A program made the position numbers and the translations under genes. From Nitrospirota bacterium (GTDB taxonomy: Bacteria > Nitrospirota > UBA9217), in NCBI GenBank assembly GCA_020052615.1, contig JAGVOT010000038.1, forward strand, positions 43,028 through 107,027: a DNA stretch of 64,000 nt, read 5' to 3'. Shown here piece by piece: positions 63,612-64,000 of this stretch. How positions within the stretch are numbered: the stretch's first letter is position 1; each line of letters opens with the position of its first letter. Below the pieces are notes generated by a model. The model was not told where the DNA came from. It ran no database searches and worked only from the letters and a program-made list of their open reading frames with translations.

Positions 63612-64000
63612 TTACCGCGTCATGGCAACCCCGCACGTGGGACACTGTTTCTGCGTACACGGCATGCCGCGTTCATGCGGTTCCCGCCGTCCGCATCGAG
63701 GACACACGCACAAGCCGCCCGGTCCCGCCGCCAATGGTCCTCCCCTGCGGCCGAATCCCTGAGCGCCGCGGCCTTGACCGCCTCCTCCGCGACCTGCGTT
63801 GACGTCGCGATTTTTCCCTGTCATAGCTCGTTCCTCCCGCTCAGGACCACCCGGCGCGCGAGAACGGCCACGGCCGCAACACCCCGGCATGGCGAAGACA
63901 TCTTTTTCGAGCCTGCCTCTCCGCCATGCCTCAATGACCTCTCGCAGATCCCCGGCCACGAAGGAGACCACCCGGATGCCCTGGGCCGCAAGCATTTCCT
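63612..64000 (-). CDS. NifX-like C-terminus (gene starts beyond the window) continuous in frame with a Gly/Arg-rich zinc-ribbon segment. This is either a fusion or two genes with an internal start at 63824.
   Basis: ..QGIRVVSFVAGDLREVIEAWRRGRL.. runs without a stop into MTGKNRDVNAGRGGGGQGRG...CVCPRCGRREPHERGMPCTQKQCPTCGVAMTR. GGGAGG lies 8 nt upstream of ATG 63824. Confidence 0.5.
   Translation of the reverse strand, partial: EMLAAQGIRVVSFVAGDLREVIEAWRRGRLEKDVFAMPGCCGRGRSRAPGGPEREERAMTGKNRDVNAGRGGGGQGRGAQGFGRRGGPLAAGPGGLCVCPRCGRREPHERGMPCTQKQCPTCGVAMTR

Noticed and set aside
1-64000. CRISPR arrays, rRNA genes, IS elements or transposases, integrases, prophage genes and toxin-antitoxin pairs.
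   Set aside because: I looked for regularly spaced direct repeats, rRNA-like conserved stretches, DDE or tyrosine-recombinase motifs and small paired ORFs. I found none that I could support.

Overview
A 64-kb GC-rich bacterial chromosomal window. Gene content suggests a strict anaerobe that handles sulfur and metals and uses selenocysteine (Desulfobacterota- or Nitrospirota-like). That taxon guess is inference only. I support about 80 genes, and all but two lie on the minus strand.

Modules in order:
(1) 1-2.6 kb: an MMPL/RND exporter.
(2) 2.7-7.5 kb: a sulfide/persulfide module with arsR, dsrE/F/H-like genes, sqr, a second arsR and a DsrE-like gene, plus a TauE/SafE exporter. The DsrE/TusD-like gene has an in-frame TGA at the catalytic-Cys position followed by a SECIS-like hairpin.
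(3) 7.6-18.5 kb: envelope genes. These are a beta-barrel protein, a frameshifted chrA, a LolA-like protein, two ABC/FtsX systems, a periplasmic sensor-like protein and an anti-sigma factor next to an eroded ECF sigma gene.
(4) 19.1-37.7 kb: one long anaerobic cobalamin operon, bzaF-cobT-cobQ-cbiB-cobD-cbiA-cbiXC-cbiMNQO-cobO-cbiD-cbiET-cbiL-cbiF-cbiGH, plus an uncharacterised GATase1-like gene. Two complete cobalamin riboswitch aptamers in tandem precede it, separated by an intrinsic terminator.
(5) 38.3-39.3 kb: a junction zone with a 5'-truncated AraC remnant and three copies of a tRNA-Ala/tmRNA-type 3' end fragment.
(6) 39.3-45.1 kb: a copper/metal module with a Met-rich periplasmic protein, copA, a TRASH-fused TrxR-like flavoprotein, an HMA protein, a PII-like protein and a SHOCT protein. 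It is bracketed by a 23-nt direct repeat.
(7) 45.1-47.5 kb: an AT-rich segment.
(8) 47.5-56 kb: a PAS histidine kinase, two radical SAM genes flanking a small aromatic-rich ORF, gpmA, bfr, a cytochrome c peroxidase pseudogene and a cytochrome bd-like pair with a fused c-type haem motif.
(9) 56-64 kb: a ZIP transporter, tandem USPs, a CDF-NifX fusion and a NifX-like / MinD-type Fe-S ATPase / DUF5320 / zinc-ribbon cluster of unknown function, with a phosphatidylserine decarboxylase remnant inside it.

I saw no rRNA, intact tRNA, CRISPR array, transposase or integrase. All calls rest on reading the translations and motifs by eye. No database search was run.
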